64,000 nucleotides of DNA from the human T2T-CHM13v2.0 reference genome, Homo sapiens. Below are positions 1-15,700 of the stretch, one piece after another; positions within the stretch are counted from its first letter, which is position 1; each line of letters opens with the position of its first letter. The notes below the pieces were generated by a model. It saw only the letters and a program-made list of their open reading frames with translations, ran no database searches and was not told where the DNA came from. The DNA lies in assembly GCF_009914755.1 (NCBI RefSeq), contig NC_060946.1; one strand, 5' to 3'. A program made the translations under genes and the position numbers.

Positions 1-349
1 GGCAGGGGGGCAAGGAGGAGTTTGGCGTGGTTTGTACCAACTTGTCAGCATTGTTTATTGATAACAGTAAGACTGATTTTCTCCTGGTGAGACCCCCAGA
101 GAGCTGTGCTGCAGAAGCTAGTTATGTAACAGGAATTTGTGTATGTGACCTGTGAAACATAAAAAACCCCAGCCGAGACTCTCTTTTGGGCCCCTTAGTT
201 CTGTGGTGCTCTGTGCACCTGCCAAGGGTTCTGTATCTGAAAGAGGAAGTGCATTTTGCCATGACCATACAGTAGAGAGGACAATAGAAACCCAAACCGG
301 CCCTGCCAGACCCCTTGCTGTGAGCTGGCCATAGCTGTGATGCACATCT

Positions 350-977
<628 letters not shown>

Positions 978-1570
978 TGACTTTAATGTTAGCTGTAGAG
1001 TGCTCCTTTCTCTTCAAGAATCTATAGATTTGTAAGCACTGTCATTTGGAGCCCTATAAATCATTAGCAATAAATCCTGTAACTGGCACTCTTAGTGCAG
1101 TCCCTAAGGTTAAAATGACTCGATTCTGTCTAATTGGGCTGAGAAGGACATAGATGTGTTAGTCTCTAGTTTCTCAAGCTAATCCACATGCCATTCTGCT
1201 GATAGAGGATTCGCATTCAAAATATCTATAGATATTGCCAGATTCTCATGTCTATCAGTAACGTGTGGACAGGCCTTTTGCACTACACTGTCATCAAAAT
1301 TCGAGGTGCTCAATCATTTGCATTTTTGCCGTCTGAGAGGTGAAACATTTGATGTCATTGCCTGCACTTGTACTTGGCAAAATCAAGCATGCCAGGAAGG
1401 GAGTGTAGCTTGCCTATCTCCCTTGGTTTCCTGAGGAGGTTGCCAGAAGTGTAGTGCTCTCAGCAGCCCCTACGGAGTGAAGAATCCATTATTTCAGAGG
1501 AGATCAGAGCAAGCCAGAACTTGTGGTTTTACAATATTTTAGTTTGGGGTCAAGGGTTGATCGGCATTCA

Positions 1571-1944
<374 letters not shown>

Positions 1945-2329
1945 CTACTTACTGCACCATCGCACCCACTTGAGGTTTCAGTGCAGCAAGCCTGACCATG
2001 CCCTACCACACCTCACACCTTTTCAGATCTGTGGTCCATTTTCTTTCTGTCTGCCTATACTTTTCTTGTTAATTTGTAGACACTCTTTACATATGATGCA
2101 TATTAACCCACGGTCTGTCACATGTACTGCAAATATATTCTTCAGTCAGTCATTTGCCATTTTACTTTCCTTGTAGTTTTTTTTTTTTTCTATTCAGAGT
2201 TTTAAAATGTGACATAGACATTTTCCTTTAGGTACCTGGATTTCATGCCATGCTAAGAAAGGCCTTTATTCATCCAACATTATAAAAATGTCCTACATTT
2301 TCTTCTGGTATTTTATACTTTTATGTTTT

Positions 2330-4123
<1,794 letters not shown>

Positions 4124-4237
4124 AAGTATGATTTTGCTGTTGGCTCCTGAGAGTTGGCTTTGATGTGATAGTTATTGCTTATATTTCTAGCTTAATGGAA
4201 GCCTTTATTTGGATTTTGTTAAATGACGTTAAATATT

Positions 4238-4641
4238 TGTTCTGTAAAGGTTTATGGCTAGAAGGGGAGAGGAGGAGGGAAACGGAACTCTGGAGGAGAA
4301 GGGGAGGGAAGAGGGGCTTACGTGTCTAGTTGTGTCTCACAGGGTTTCTGGGTCAGAGAGCTCCCAAGGGTGGCAGCAGCTTGGGGGCCTTAGAATTTCA
4401 AGGCTCCAGCTCATCCATAGGTAACACTTGTCCTGTGAGGTTTCACAGGGCATGCAAAGCAGGCAGGCTCTAAATGGCTAACAGTCTAATTGTTGGGACT
4501 ATTTTTAAAATAACTGGATGTGTACAAATTTGAGTTTGGCAGCAGTGGGCTTTTGAGCTAACAGATGTGAATCTGTAGGGAAGAAATAAAAAACCCCATG
4601 GGTCCATACGCCCAGGCCATTGTTGGCTCATTTATAGAACA
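4238..4641 (-). mobile_element. Old ERVL-class LTR remnant
   Basis: TG...CA bounded, resembling old LTR consensus; subfamily uncertain. Confidence 0.4.
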
Positions 4642-4708
4642 GCAGCTTAGAGACAGCCCAGGTCCAAAGATTCTAATAAATTAAGGAGGTAAAGGCTCTC
4701 TCTTACTA

Positions 4709-4948
<240 letters not shown>

Positions 4949-5929
4949 TTAAAAATAAAAACGAACTAATAACACAGGAGCAAGTGGTGCCTGAATGCTG
5001 AAGGTAGCAAAAGTTCCCATGGTGAGATTTCCTTCTGTGAAACCCCAGTGTACACTTCTTGCGATATTGGGAGTAATATCATCCTCTCCCATCATGGATA
5101 TCAAGAACAATATTACAAAGGAGGTGTACACCCCCTGCGATATGGAGAGTAATAGTATGCTCTCCCCTTCGGGATATTAGGAACAATATCGCAGAAGGTG
5201 TGTACAACCCCTGCGGTATTGGGAGTCATATCATCCTCTCCCCCTGAATATAAGAAACAATACCACAGGAGGATGTACACCCCCTGCGATATTGGGAGTA
5301 ATATCATCTTCTCCCCCTCGGGATATTCGGAACAATATCACAGTGGGTGTGTACACCCCCTGCGATATTGCCACTAGTATCATCCTCTCCCTGCCAGCAT
5401 ATAAGGAACAGTATCACAAGGGGGTGTACACCCCTGCGATATTGGGGATAATGTCTTCCTCTCCCCCGCTGGCTATTAGGAACAATGTCCCAGAAGGGGT
5501 GTACACCCCCTGCTATATTGGGAGTGATATCATCCTCTCCGTCCCTGGATATTAGGAACAATATCACTAGGGAGTGTACACCTCCTGCAATAGTGAGACT
5601 AATATCATCCTCTCACCCCCTGGATATTAGGAACAATATCACAGGGGTGGTGTACACCCCCTGCAAAATCAGAAGAAATATCATCCTCTCCAACTTTGGA
5701 TGTTAGGGACAATATCATGGGGGGAGGTCTCCGCCCCCTGCGATATTGGGGGTCATATCATCCTCTCCCACCTAGGATATTAGGAACAAGATGACCGAAG
5801 GGATGTACACCCACTGCGATATTTTCAATAATGTCATCCTCTACCCCCTGGCTATTAGGAAGAACATCATAGAGCGGTGTACACTTTCTGTGATATCGGG
5901 AGTAATATCCTCTCCAGATATCAGGAAAA

Positions 5930-6330
5930 GTTATATTAATTATTAATATTAATATATATAATAAAAATTAATACTAATCATCGATAATAATTACAATGAA
6001 GGGAGTAAAAACTAATCCTGGTTAAAAAATTAATGATTAGTATTAATAATTAATAGTAATGTCACTATTAATAATGAAGTAATGATATCAGTAATTAATC
6101 TTAATTAAATCAATAAGTGATGTTGCTAATAAAATAACAATTAATATTAAGTTTAATAACCAATATTATTGATAAATGACATTCATATCAATAATTAATT
6201 TTAATTGTGCATGATGATATATTTAAAATATCAATTAATAATCTTATACTATTAATTAATATTAACATTGATAATTATTATTAAAATTGATAATTGATGT
6301 TTAATAATTGATAATATTATTACTCCTAAT
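5930..6330. repeat. AT-rich spacer 1 within the satellite
   Basis: Very AT-rich, with TTAATATTAA-type palindromes; sits at a forward-to-reverse orientation switch. Confidence 0.85.
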
Positions 6331-9300
6331 CCCGCAGGGGGTGTACACCTACCTGTGATAATGTTCCTAATATCCAGGGATGCAGAGCATGATTTTAGTT
6401 TTAATATCGCAGTGGGTGTACACTCACCCCGTGACATCGATCCTAATATACAGGGGGTAGAGTATGACATGACTGCCAACATAGCAATGAATGTACAGCC
6501 ACCTGGTGATATTGCTCCTAATATTCACGGAAGAAGCGTATGATATTACTCCCAATATCGCAGGGAGTGTACACCTCTTCTGTGATATTGTTCCTAGCAT
6601 CCCGAGGGGGAGAGGATGATAATAATTCCAGTAGCGCAGGCTGTGTTCACCCACCCTGTGAAATTGTTATTAATATCCTGGAAGGGAGAGGATGATATTA
6701 TTCCCCATAGAGCGGGAGGTGTTCACCCACCCTGTGATATTGTTATTAATATCCTAGAAGGGAGAGGATGATATAGAGCAGGAGGTGCACACCCACCCTG
6801 GGATATTGTTCCTAATCTCCATGGAGGGGAGAGGCAGATATTACTCCCAATATGGCAGGGGCTGTATATCCACCCTGTGATATTGTTCTTAATATTCAAA
6901 GGCCGAGAGGTTGATATCACTCCCAATATCGCAGAAAGTGTACAGCCCCGTGTGATACTGTTCCTGATATCCAGAAGGGGAGAAGATGATATTAATCCCC
7001 ATATCGCAGGAGGTGAACACCCACTCTGTGATATCTTTCCTAATATGCAGGGGGAGAGAGGATAATATTATTCCCAATATTGCAGAAGATGTACACGCCC
7101 CCTCCACCCGCCCGTGATACTGTCCTTCATGTCCTTCTCAGTCCAAGGCAGAGAAGATGATATCGCAGAAAGTGTACACCCCCCAGTGATATTGTTCCCA
7201 TGATCCAGGAGGGAAGAAGATGATATTACTTTCCCATATCGCAGGGGGTGTACACGCCTCCAGTGATACCGTTCCTAATTTCCACGTGGGAGAGGATGAT
7301 ATTACTCCCAATATCGCAGGGGTTATAAACACTCCTTTGATATTGTTTCTAATATCCAGGGGGGAGAGGATGGTATTCCTCCCTATATTGCAGAGGGTGC
7401 ACACCCGTCTTTGATATTGTTCGTGATTTCTAGAGGTGGAGATGATATTACTCACAAAATCGTAAACACGCTGTGTGTCCACCGTGGATCCTAATATCCA
7501 GGGAGGGATATTACTCCCCATATAGGGGGCGGGGGTGCACCCAGCCTGTCATATTGTTTCTTATGTCCGGGGAGGAGAGGATGATATTGCTACCAATATC
7601 GAAGAAGTGTACACGCCCCCTGTGATATGGTTCCTAATATCCGCGTTGGGAGAGGATGACATTACTCTCAATATCACAGGGGTTGTAAACCCCGCCTGTG
7701 ATATTTTTCCTACTATCCAGAATAAGAGAGAATGATATTACTCCCAATAGTGCAGGCGATGTACCACCCCCCCCCATGTGATATTGTTCTCAAGAGCTAA
7801 AGGAAGAGAAGAGAATATTATTCTCTGTACTGCAGGGGGTGTACACCCACCTGTGATACTGTTCCTAATATCCAGGGAGGTAGAGCATGAGATTACCCCC
7901 AATATCGCCGTGGGTGTACACCCACTATGTGATATTGCTCCTAATATCCAGGGGGTAGAGTAGGACATTACTCCCAATATAACAGTGGGTGTACATCCAC
8001 CCGGAGATATTCAGGGAAGCCGAAAATGATATTACTCCCAATACCGCAGAGAGTGTACAACCCTTCTGTGATATTGTTCCTAGTATCCGGAGGGGGAGAG
8101 GATGATATTACTTTCAATATCGCAGGCTGTGTACACCCATCCTGTGATATTGTCCCTAAAATGCAGGAAGGGAGAGGACCGCATTACTTTCCATAGAGTA
8201 GGAGGTGTACACCCACGCTGGGATTTTGTTCCTAATATCAAGGGGGAGACAGCGTAATATTACCCCAATATGGCAGGGGGTGTACATCCCCCCTGAGATA
8301 TTGTTCTTGCCATTCAGAACAGGAGAGGATGACATTACTCCAGATATGGAAGAAAGTGTAAACCCCCGTGTGATATTGTTTCTAATATCTAGAAAGAAAG
8401 AAAAGGATATTAATCCCCATATCGCAGGAGGTGTACACCCACTCTGATATTTATCCAAATATGCAGAGGGGAAAGAGGATAATAATATTCCCAATATCGC
8501 AAGGGTTCTACAACCCCATGTGAGATGGTCCTTCATAATATTCCAAGGCAAAGGGGATGATATTACCACATATATCGCAGAAAACGTACACCGCCCAAGG
8601 ATATTATTCCCATGATCCTGGAGGGAAGAGGATGATATTACTTTAAATATCACAGAAGGTGTACAAGCCGCCACTGATATTGTTTCTAATTTCAACGTGG
8701 AAGAGGAGGATGTGACACCCAATATTGCAGGGAGTAGAAACAGTCCTGTGATACTGTTCTTAATATTCAGGGAGGACGAGGACGATGTTACTCCCAATAG
8801 AGACGGATGTACAAGGTCTGTGCACCGATGGTGTACACTCGTCTGTGAAATAGATCGTAATTTCCAGAGGCGGAGATGATATTACTCACGATATCGTAGA
8901 CAGGCTGTGAGTCCACTAATGTGGGCCGTAATAGCCAGGGCGGGAGGGGGGGTGGCTATTCCTCCCCGCATCGCGGTGGGTGCCTCAACCCCCTGCAATG
9001 GGGGTCCTAAGAGCAAGGGGGGGAGAGGGGCTGGCTGTTACTCCCCGCATCGCAGGAGGTGTGTACAACCCCTGCGATATTGAGAGTAATGTCATCCTCT
9101 CCCCCGGAGTATAAGAAACAATATCACAGGAGGATGTACACCCCCTGCGATATTGGAAGTAGCATGATTTTCTCCCCCTCGGGATATTCGGAAAAATATC
9201 ACAGTGGGTGTGTACAGCCCCTGCGACATTGCCGCTAGTATCTTCCTCTCCCTCCCAGGATATAAGGGACAAGGTCACCAGGGGGTGTACACCCACTGCG

Positions 9301-9797
9301 ATATTGGCTGTAATATCTTCCCCTCCCCCTCTGCCCTTTAGGAAAAATGTCACAGAAGGGTTGTACACCCCCTGCTATATTGGGAGTGATATCATCCTCT
9401 CCGCCCGTGGATATTAGGAACAATATCCCTAGGGAGTGTACACCTCCTGCAATATTCAGACTAATATCATCCTCTCGCAGCCTGGATATTAAGATCAATA
9501 TCACAGGGGTGGTGTGCACCCCCGGCGAAATTGGAAGAAATATCATGCTCTCCACCTTTGAATGTTAGGGACAGTATCACGGGGGAGGTCTCCGCCCCCT
9601 GTGATATTGGGAGTCATATCATCCGCTCCCACCCAGGATATTAGGAACGAGATGACCGAAGGGATGTATGCCCACTGCGATATTTTCAATAATGTCATCC
9701 TCTGCCCCCTGACTATTAGGAGTAACATCACAGAGGGGTGTACACTTTCTGCGATATTGGGAGTAATATTCTCTCCTCCACCGATATCGGGAACAGT

Positions 9798-10183
9798 TAT
9801 ATTAATTATTAATATTAATAAATATAATAGCAATTAATAGTAATCATCGATATTAATAATTACAGTAGAGACAGTAAAACAGTACGGATTAAAAATATTA
9901 ACGATTACTATTAATAATTAATAGCAATATTATTAATAAAATAATGATATCAGTAATTAATGTTACTTCAATCAATCATAAGTGATGTTGGTAATAAAAC
10001 AATAATTAATATTAAGATTAATAACTAATATTAAAAGTGACATTAATAATAATTAATTTTAATCATGCACAATCATATCTTGAAAATAATCAATGATTAA
10101 TAATGTTATACTATTAATTAATATTACCATTGATAATTATTAATAAGACTGATGTTTAATAATTCATAATATTATTATTCCTA
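9798..10183. repeat. AT-rich spacer 2 within the satellite
   Basis: Diverged homolog of spacer 1 at an equivalent orientation switch. Confidence 0.85.
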
Positions 10184-12369
10184 ATACCGCAGGGGGTGTA
10201 CGCCTACCTGTGATATTGTTCCTAATATCCAGGGACGGAGAGCATGATATTAGTTTTCATATCGCAGTAGGTGTACACTCACCCGGTGACACCGATCCTA
10301 ATATCCAGCAGGTAGAGTATGACATGACTGCCAACATAGCAATGAATGTACAGCCACCCGGTGAGATATCTCCTAATATTCACGGAAGAAGCGTATGATA
10401 TTACTCCCAATATCGCAGGGAGTGTACACCTCTTCTGTGATATTGTTCCTAGTATCCCGAGGGGGAGAGGATGATAATAATTCCAGTAGCGCAGGCTGTG
10501 TTCACGCACCCTGTGAAATTGTTATTAATATCCTCAAAGGGAGAGGATATTACTCCCCATAATAGATAGATATTACTCCCCATACTAGAGCAGGAGGTCA
10601 CACCCTGTGATATTCTTCGTAACATTCAGAGGCCGAGAGGTTGATAATACTCCCAATATCGCAGGAAGGGTACACCCCCGTGTGAGATGGTGCTTAATAA
10701 TATTCCAAGGCGGAGGGGGTGATATGACAACATATATGGCAGGAAGTGTACACCCCCCAGGGATATTGTTCCCATGATCCTGGAGGGAAGAGGATGATAT
10801 TACTTTCCATATCACAGAAGGTGGACACGCCCCCACTGATATTGTTTCTAACTGCAACGTGGGACATGAGGATATGACACGCGATATCGCAGGGAGTAGA
10901 AACACCCCCGTGATACTGTTCTTAATATTCAGGGATGAAGAGGATGATATTACTCCCAATACAGACGGGTGTACACCCGTCAGTGAAACAGTTCATAATT
11001 TCCAGATGGGGAGATGATATTACTCACAATACCGTAAAAACGCTGTGAGTCCACCGCGGGTCCTAAAAACCAGGGGGGCGAGAGGGGCTGGCTCTTACTC
11101 CCCGCATCGCGGGGGGTGCCTGGATTTGAAGAACAATATCCCTGATGTTGGGAGGTGGAGTATATGACGAACAATATCACTGGGTGCGTGTACACCCCCT
11201 GCTATATTGGGTGTAGTATCATCCTCTCTTCCCTAGGATATTAAATACAATATCACAGGAGGGGTGTACATCCCCTGTGATATTGGGCATAATGTCATCG
11301 TCTCCCAACGTGGATATTGGGAATAATGTCACAGGGGGGTGTACACCTCCTTCCATATTGGGAGTAATATCATCCTCTCCCCTCAGGATTGTAGGCAAAA
11401 TATCGAAGGGGTTTTACAACTCGTGCGATATGGGCAGTAATATCATCCTCTCCCCACCTAGATATTAGGAACTATGTCACAGGAGACTGTACACTTCTTG
11501 CGATATTGGGAGTAATATCATCCTCTCCCATCATGGATATTAAGAAGAATATTACAAGGGAGGTGTACACCCCCTGCGATATGGAGAGTAATAGTATGCT
11601 CTCCCCTTTGGGATATTAGGAACAATATCACAGAAGGTGTGTACAACCCCTGTGGTATTGGGAGTCATATCATCCTCTCCCCCGACTATAAGAAAAAATA
11701 CCACAGGAGGATGTACACCCCCTGCGATATTGGGAGTAATATCATTTTCTCCCCCTCGGGATATTCGGAACAATATCACAGTGGGTGTGTACACCCCCTG
11801 CGATATTGCCACTAGTATCATCGTCTCCCTGCCAGCATATAAGGAACAGTATCACAAGGGGGTGTACACCCCCTGCGATATTGGGGATAATATCTTCCTC
11901 TCCCCCGCTGGCTATTAGGAGCAATGTCCCAGAAGGGGTGTGCACCCCCTGCTCTATTGGGAGTGATATCATCCTCTCTGTCCCTGGATATTAGGAACAA
12001 TATCACTAGGGAGTGTACACCTCCTGCAATAGTGAGACTAATATCATCCTCTTGCCCCCTGGATATTAGGAACAATATCACAGGGGTGGTGTACAACCCC
12101 TGCAAAATCAGAAGAACTATCATCCTCTCCAACTTTGGATGTTAGGGACAATATCACGGGGGAGGTCTGCGCCCCCTGCGATATTGGGGGTCATATCATC
12201 CTCTCCCACCCAGAATATTAGGAACAAGATGACCGAAGGGATGTACACCCACTGCGATATTTTCAATAATGTCATCCTCTACACCCTGGCTATTTGGAAG
12301 AACATCATAGAGGGGTGTACACTTTCTGCGATATTGGGAGTAATATCCTCTCCTCCCCGGATATCAGGA

Positions 12370-12782
12370 AAAATTATATTAATTATTAATATTAATATAT
12401 ATAATAAAAATTAATACTAATCGCCGATATTAATAATTACAATAAAGGGAGTAAAAACTAATGCTGGTTAAAAATATTAAAGATTGGTATTAATAATTAA
12501 TAGTAATGTCACTATTAATAATGAAGTAATGATATCAGTAATTAATCTTAATTAAATCAATAAGTGATGTTGCTAATAAAATAATAATTAATATTGTTTA
12601 ATAACCAATATTATTGATAAATGGCATTCATATCAATAATTAATTTTAATCGTGCATGATGACATATTTAAAATAATTATCAATAATTAATAATCTTATA
12701 CTATTAATTAATATTAACATTGATAATTATTATTAAAATTGATAATTGATGTTTAATAATTGATAATATTATTACTCCTAAT
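12370..12782. repeat. AT-rich spacer 3 within the satellite
   Basis: Close copy of spacer 1, offset ~6.44 kb. Confidence 0.85.
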
Positions 12783-15700
12783 CCCTCAGGGGTGTACACC
12801 TACCTGTGATATTGTTCCTAGTATCCAGGGACGGAGAACATGATTTCAGTTTTAATATCGCAGTGGGTGTACACTCACCCTGTGACATCGATCCTAATAT
12901 ACAGGGGGTAGAGTATGACATGACTGCCAACATAGCAATGAATGTACAGCCACCTGGTGATATTGCTCCAAATATTCACGGAAGAAGCGTATGATATTAC
13001 TCCCAATATCGCAGGGAGTGTACACCTCTTCTGCGATATTTTTCCTAGCATCCCGAGGGGGAGAGGATGATAATAATTCCAGTAGCGCAGGCTGTGTTCA
13101 CCCACCCTGTGATATTGTTAGTAATATCCTGGAAGGGAGAGGATGATATAGAGCAGGAGGTGCACACCCACCCTGGGATATTGTTCCTAATCTCCATGGA
13201 GGGGAGAGGCAGATATTACTCCCAATATGGCAGGGGCTGTATATCCACCCTGTGATATTGTTCTTAATATCCAAAGGCCGAGAGGTTGATATCACTCCCA
13301 ATATCGCAGAAAGTGTACAGCCCCGTGTGATACTGTTCCTGATATCCAGAAGGGGAGAAGATGATATTAATCCCCATATCGCAGGAGGTGAACACCCACT
13401 CTGTGATATCCTTCCTAATATGCAGGGGGAGAGAGGATAATATTATTCCCAATATTGCAGAAGATGTACACGCCCCCCCCCCACCCGCCCGTGATATTGT
13501 CCTTCATGTCCTTCTCAGTCCAAGGCAGGGAAGATGGTATCGCAGAAAGTGTACACCCCCAGTGATATTGTTCCCATGATCCAGGAGGGAAGAGGATGAT
13601 ATTACTTTCCCATATCGCAGGGGGTGTACATGCCCCCAGTGATACCGTTCCTAATTTCCACGTGGGAGAGGATGATATTACTCTCAATATCACAGGGGTT
13701 GTATACCCCGCCTGTGATATTTTTCCTACTATCCAGAATAAGAGAGAATGATATTACTCCCAATAGTGCAGGTGGTGTACCCCCCCACCTTCCACCATGT
13801 GATATTGTTCTCAAGAGCTAAAGAAAGAGAAGAGAATATTATTCTCTGTACTGCAGGTGGTGTACACCCACCTGTGATACTGTTCTTAATATCCAGGGAG
13901 GGAAGAGCATGAGATTACCCTCAATATCGCCGTGGGTGTACACCCACTATGTGATATTGCTCCTAATATCCAGGGGGTAGAGTAGGACATTACTCCCAAT
14001 ATAACAGTGGGTGTACATCCACCCGGAGATATTGCTCCTAATATTCAGGGAAGCCGAAAATGATGTTACTCCCAATACCGCAGAGAGTGTACAACCCTTC
14101 TGTGATACTGTTCCTAGTATCCGGAGGGGGAGAGGATGATATTACTTTCAATATCGCAGGCTGTGTACACCCATCCTGTGATATTGTCCCTAAAATGCAG
14201 GAAGGGAGAGGACGGCATTACTTTCCATAGAGTAGGAGGTGTACACCCACGCTGGGATTTTGTTCCTAATATCAAGGGGGAGACAGCGTAATATTACCCC
14301 AATATGGCAGGGGGTGTACATCCCCCCTGAGATATTGTTCTTGCCATTCAGAACAGGAGAGGATGACATTACTCCAGATATGGAAGAAAGTGTAAACCCC
14401 CGTGTGATATTGTTTCTAATATCCAGAAAGAAAGAAAAGGATATTAATCCCCATATCGCAGGAGGTGTACACCCACTCTGATATTTATCCAAATATGCAG
14501 AGGGGAAAGAGGATAATAATATTCCCAATATCGCAAGGGTTCTGCAACCCCATGTGAGATGGTCCTTCATAATATTCCAAGGCAAAGGGGATGATATTAC
14601 CACATATATCGCAGAAAACGTACACCGCCCAAGGATATTATTCCCATGATCCTGGAGGGAAGAGGATGATATTACTTTAAATATCACAGAAGGTGTACAA
14701 GCCGCCACTGATATTGTTTCTAATTTCAACGTGGAAGAGGAGGATGTGACACCCAATATTGCAGGGAGTAGAAACAGTCCTGTGATACTGTTCTTAATAT
14801 TCAGGGAGGACGAGGACGATGTTACTCCCAATAGAGACGGATGTACAAGGTCTGTGCACCGATGGTGTACACTCGTCTGTGAAATAGATCATAATTTCCA
14901 GAGGCGGAGATGATATTACTCACGATATCGTAGACAGGCTGTGAGTCCACTAATGTGGGCCGTAATAGCCAGGGCGGGAGGGGGGGTGGCTATTCCTCCC
15001 CGCATCGCGAGGGGCGGCCTCATCCCCCTGCGATGTGTACCGTAATAGCCAGGGGGGCAGGGGGTGGCTATTGCTCCCCATATCATCACCCCCCTGCGAT
15101 GTATATCCATTATTAGCGGTCTTTTTCCCCGATATTCGGAACAATTTCATGGGGTTTGCCTACATAGCCTGAGATATGAAAACTGATATCATCCTCTGCA
15201 CCTCCGGATATTAGGAACTATATCACACAATGGGTGTACACTTTTTGTGAGATTTGGGCTAATCTCTTCCTGTGTTTCCCTGAATATTCGGAGAAATATC
15301 ACAGGGCGGATGTCCTTCCACTACTCTCTTGGGAGGAGCATCGTACTTTACCTACTGGAAATTGGGAGCAATATCGCAGATGGGCTGTCAAGCCACTGTC
15401 ATATTTGAAATAATATCATGCTCTCCCCCACCAGTTATGAGGAACAATATCACAGGAGTGTATGTACCTTCTCCGGTATTGGGAGTAATATCATCATCTC
15501 TTCCTTCAGATGATAGGGACTATATCACAGGGTGGGTGTACACCCCGTGTATTTTTGGAAGCAATGTCATTCTCTGTTCTTCCAGATTTTAAGATTCATC
15601 TCACAGGCGGGGTGTACACCCCTTGTTATATCTGATGTAATCTCATCCTCTTTCAACCTGTATATTTAGAACAATATCCCATGGGGGCTGTACATCTCTT

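Noticed and set aside
5930-6330. AT-rich spacers as organellar insertions or true PATRR palindromes
   Set aside because: No gene remnants are visible and there is no long perfect palindrome. They recur as integral parts of the satellite module.
8156-14831. Identical 213-aa ORFs (8156..8797 and 14190..14831) and dozens of CTPPAILGVISSS-type ORFs
   Set aside because: These are translations of satellite monomers in many frames and on both strands; their identity reflects DNA duplication, and no protein domain is recognisable.
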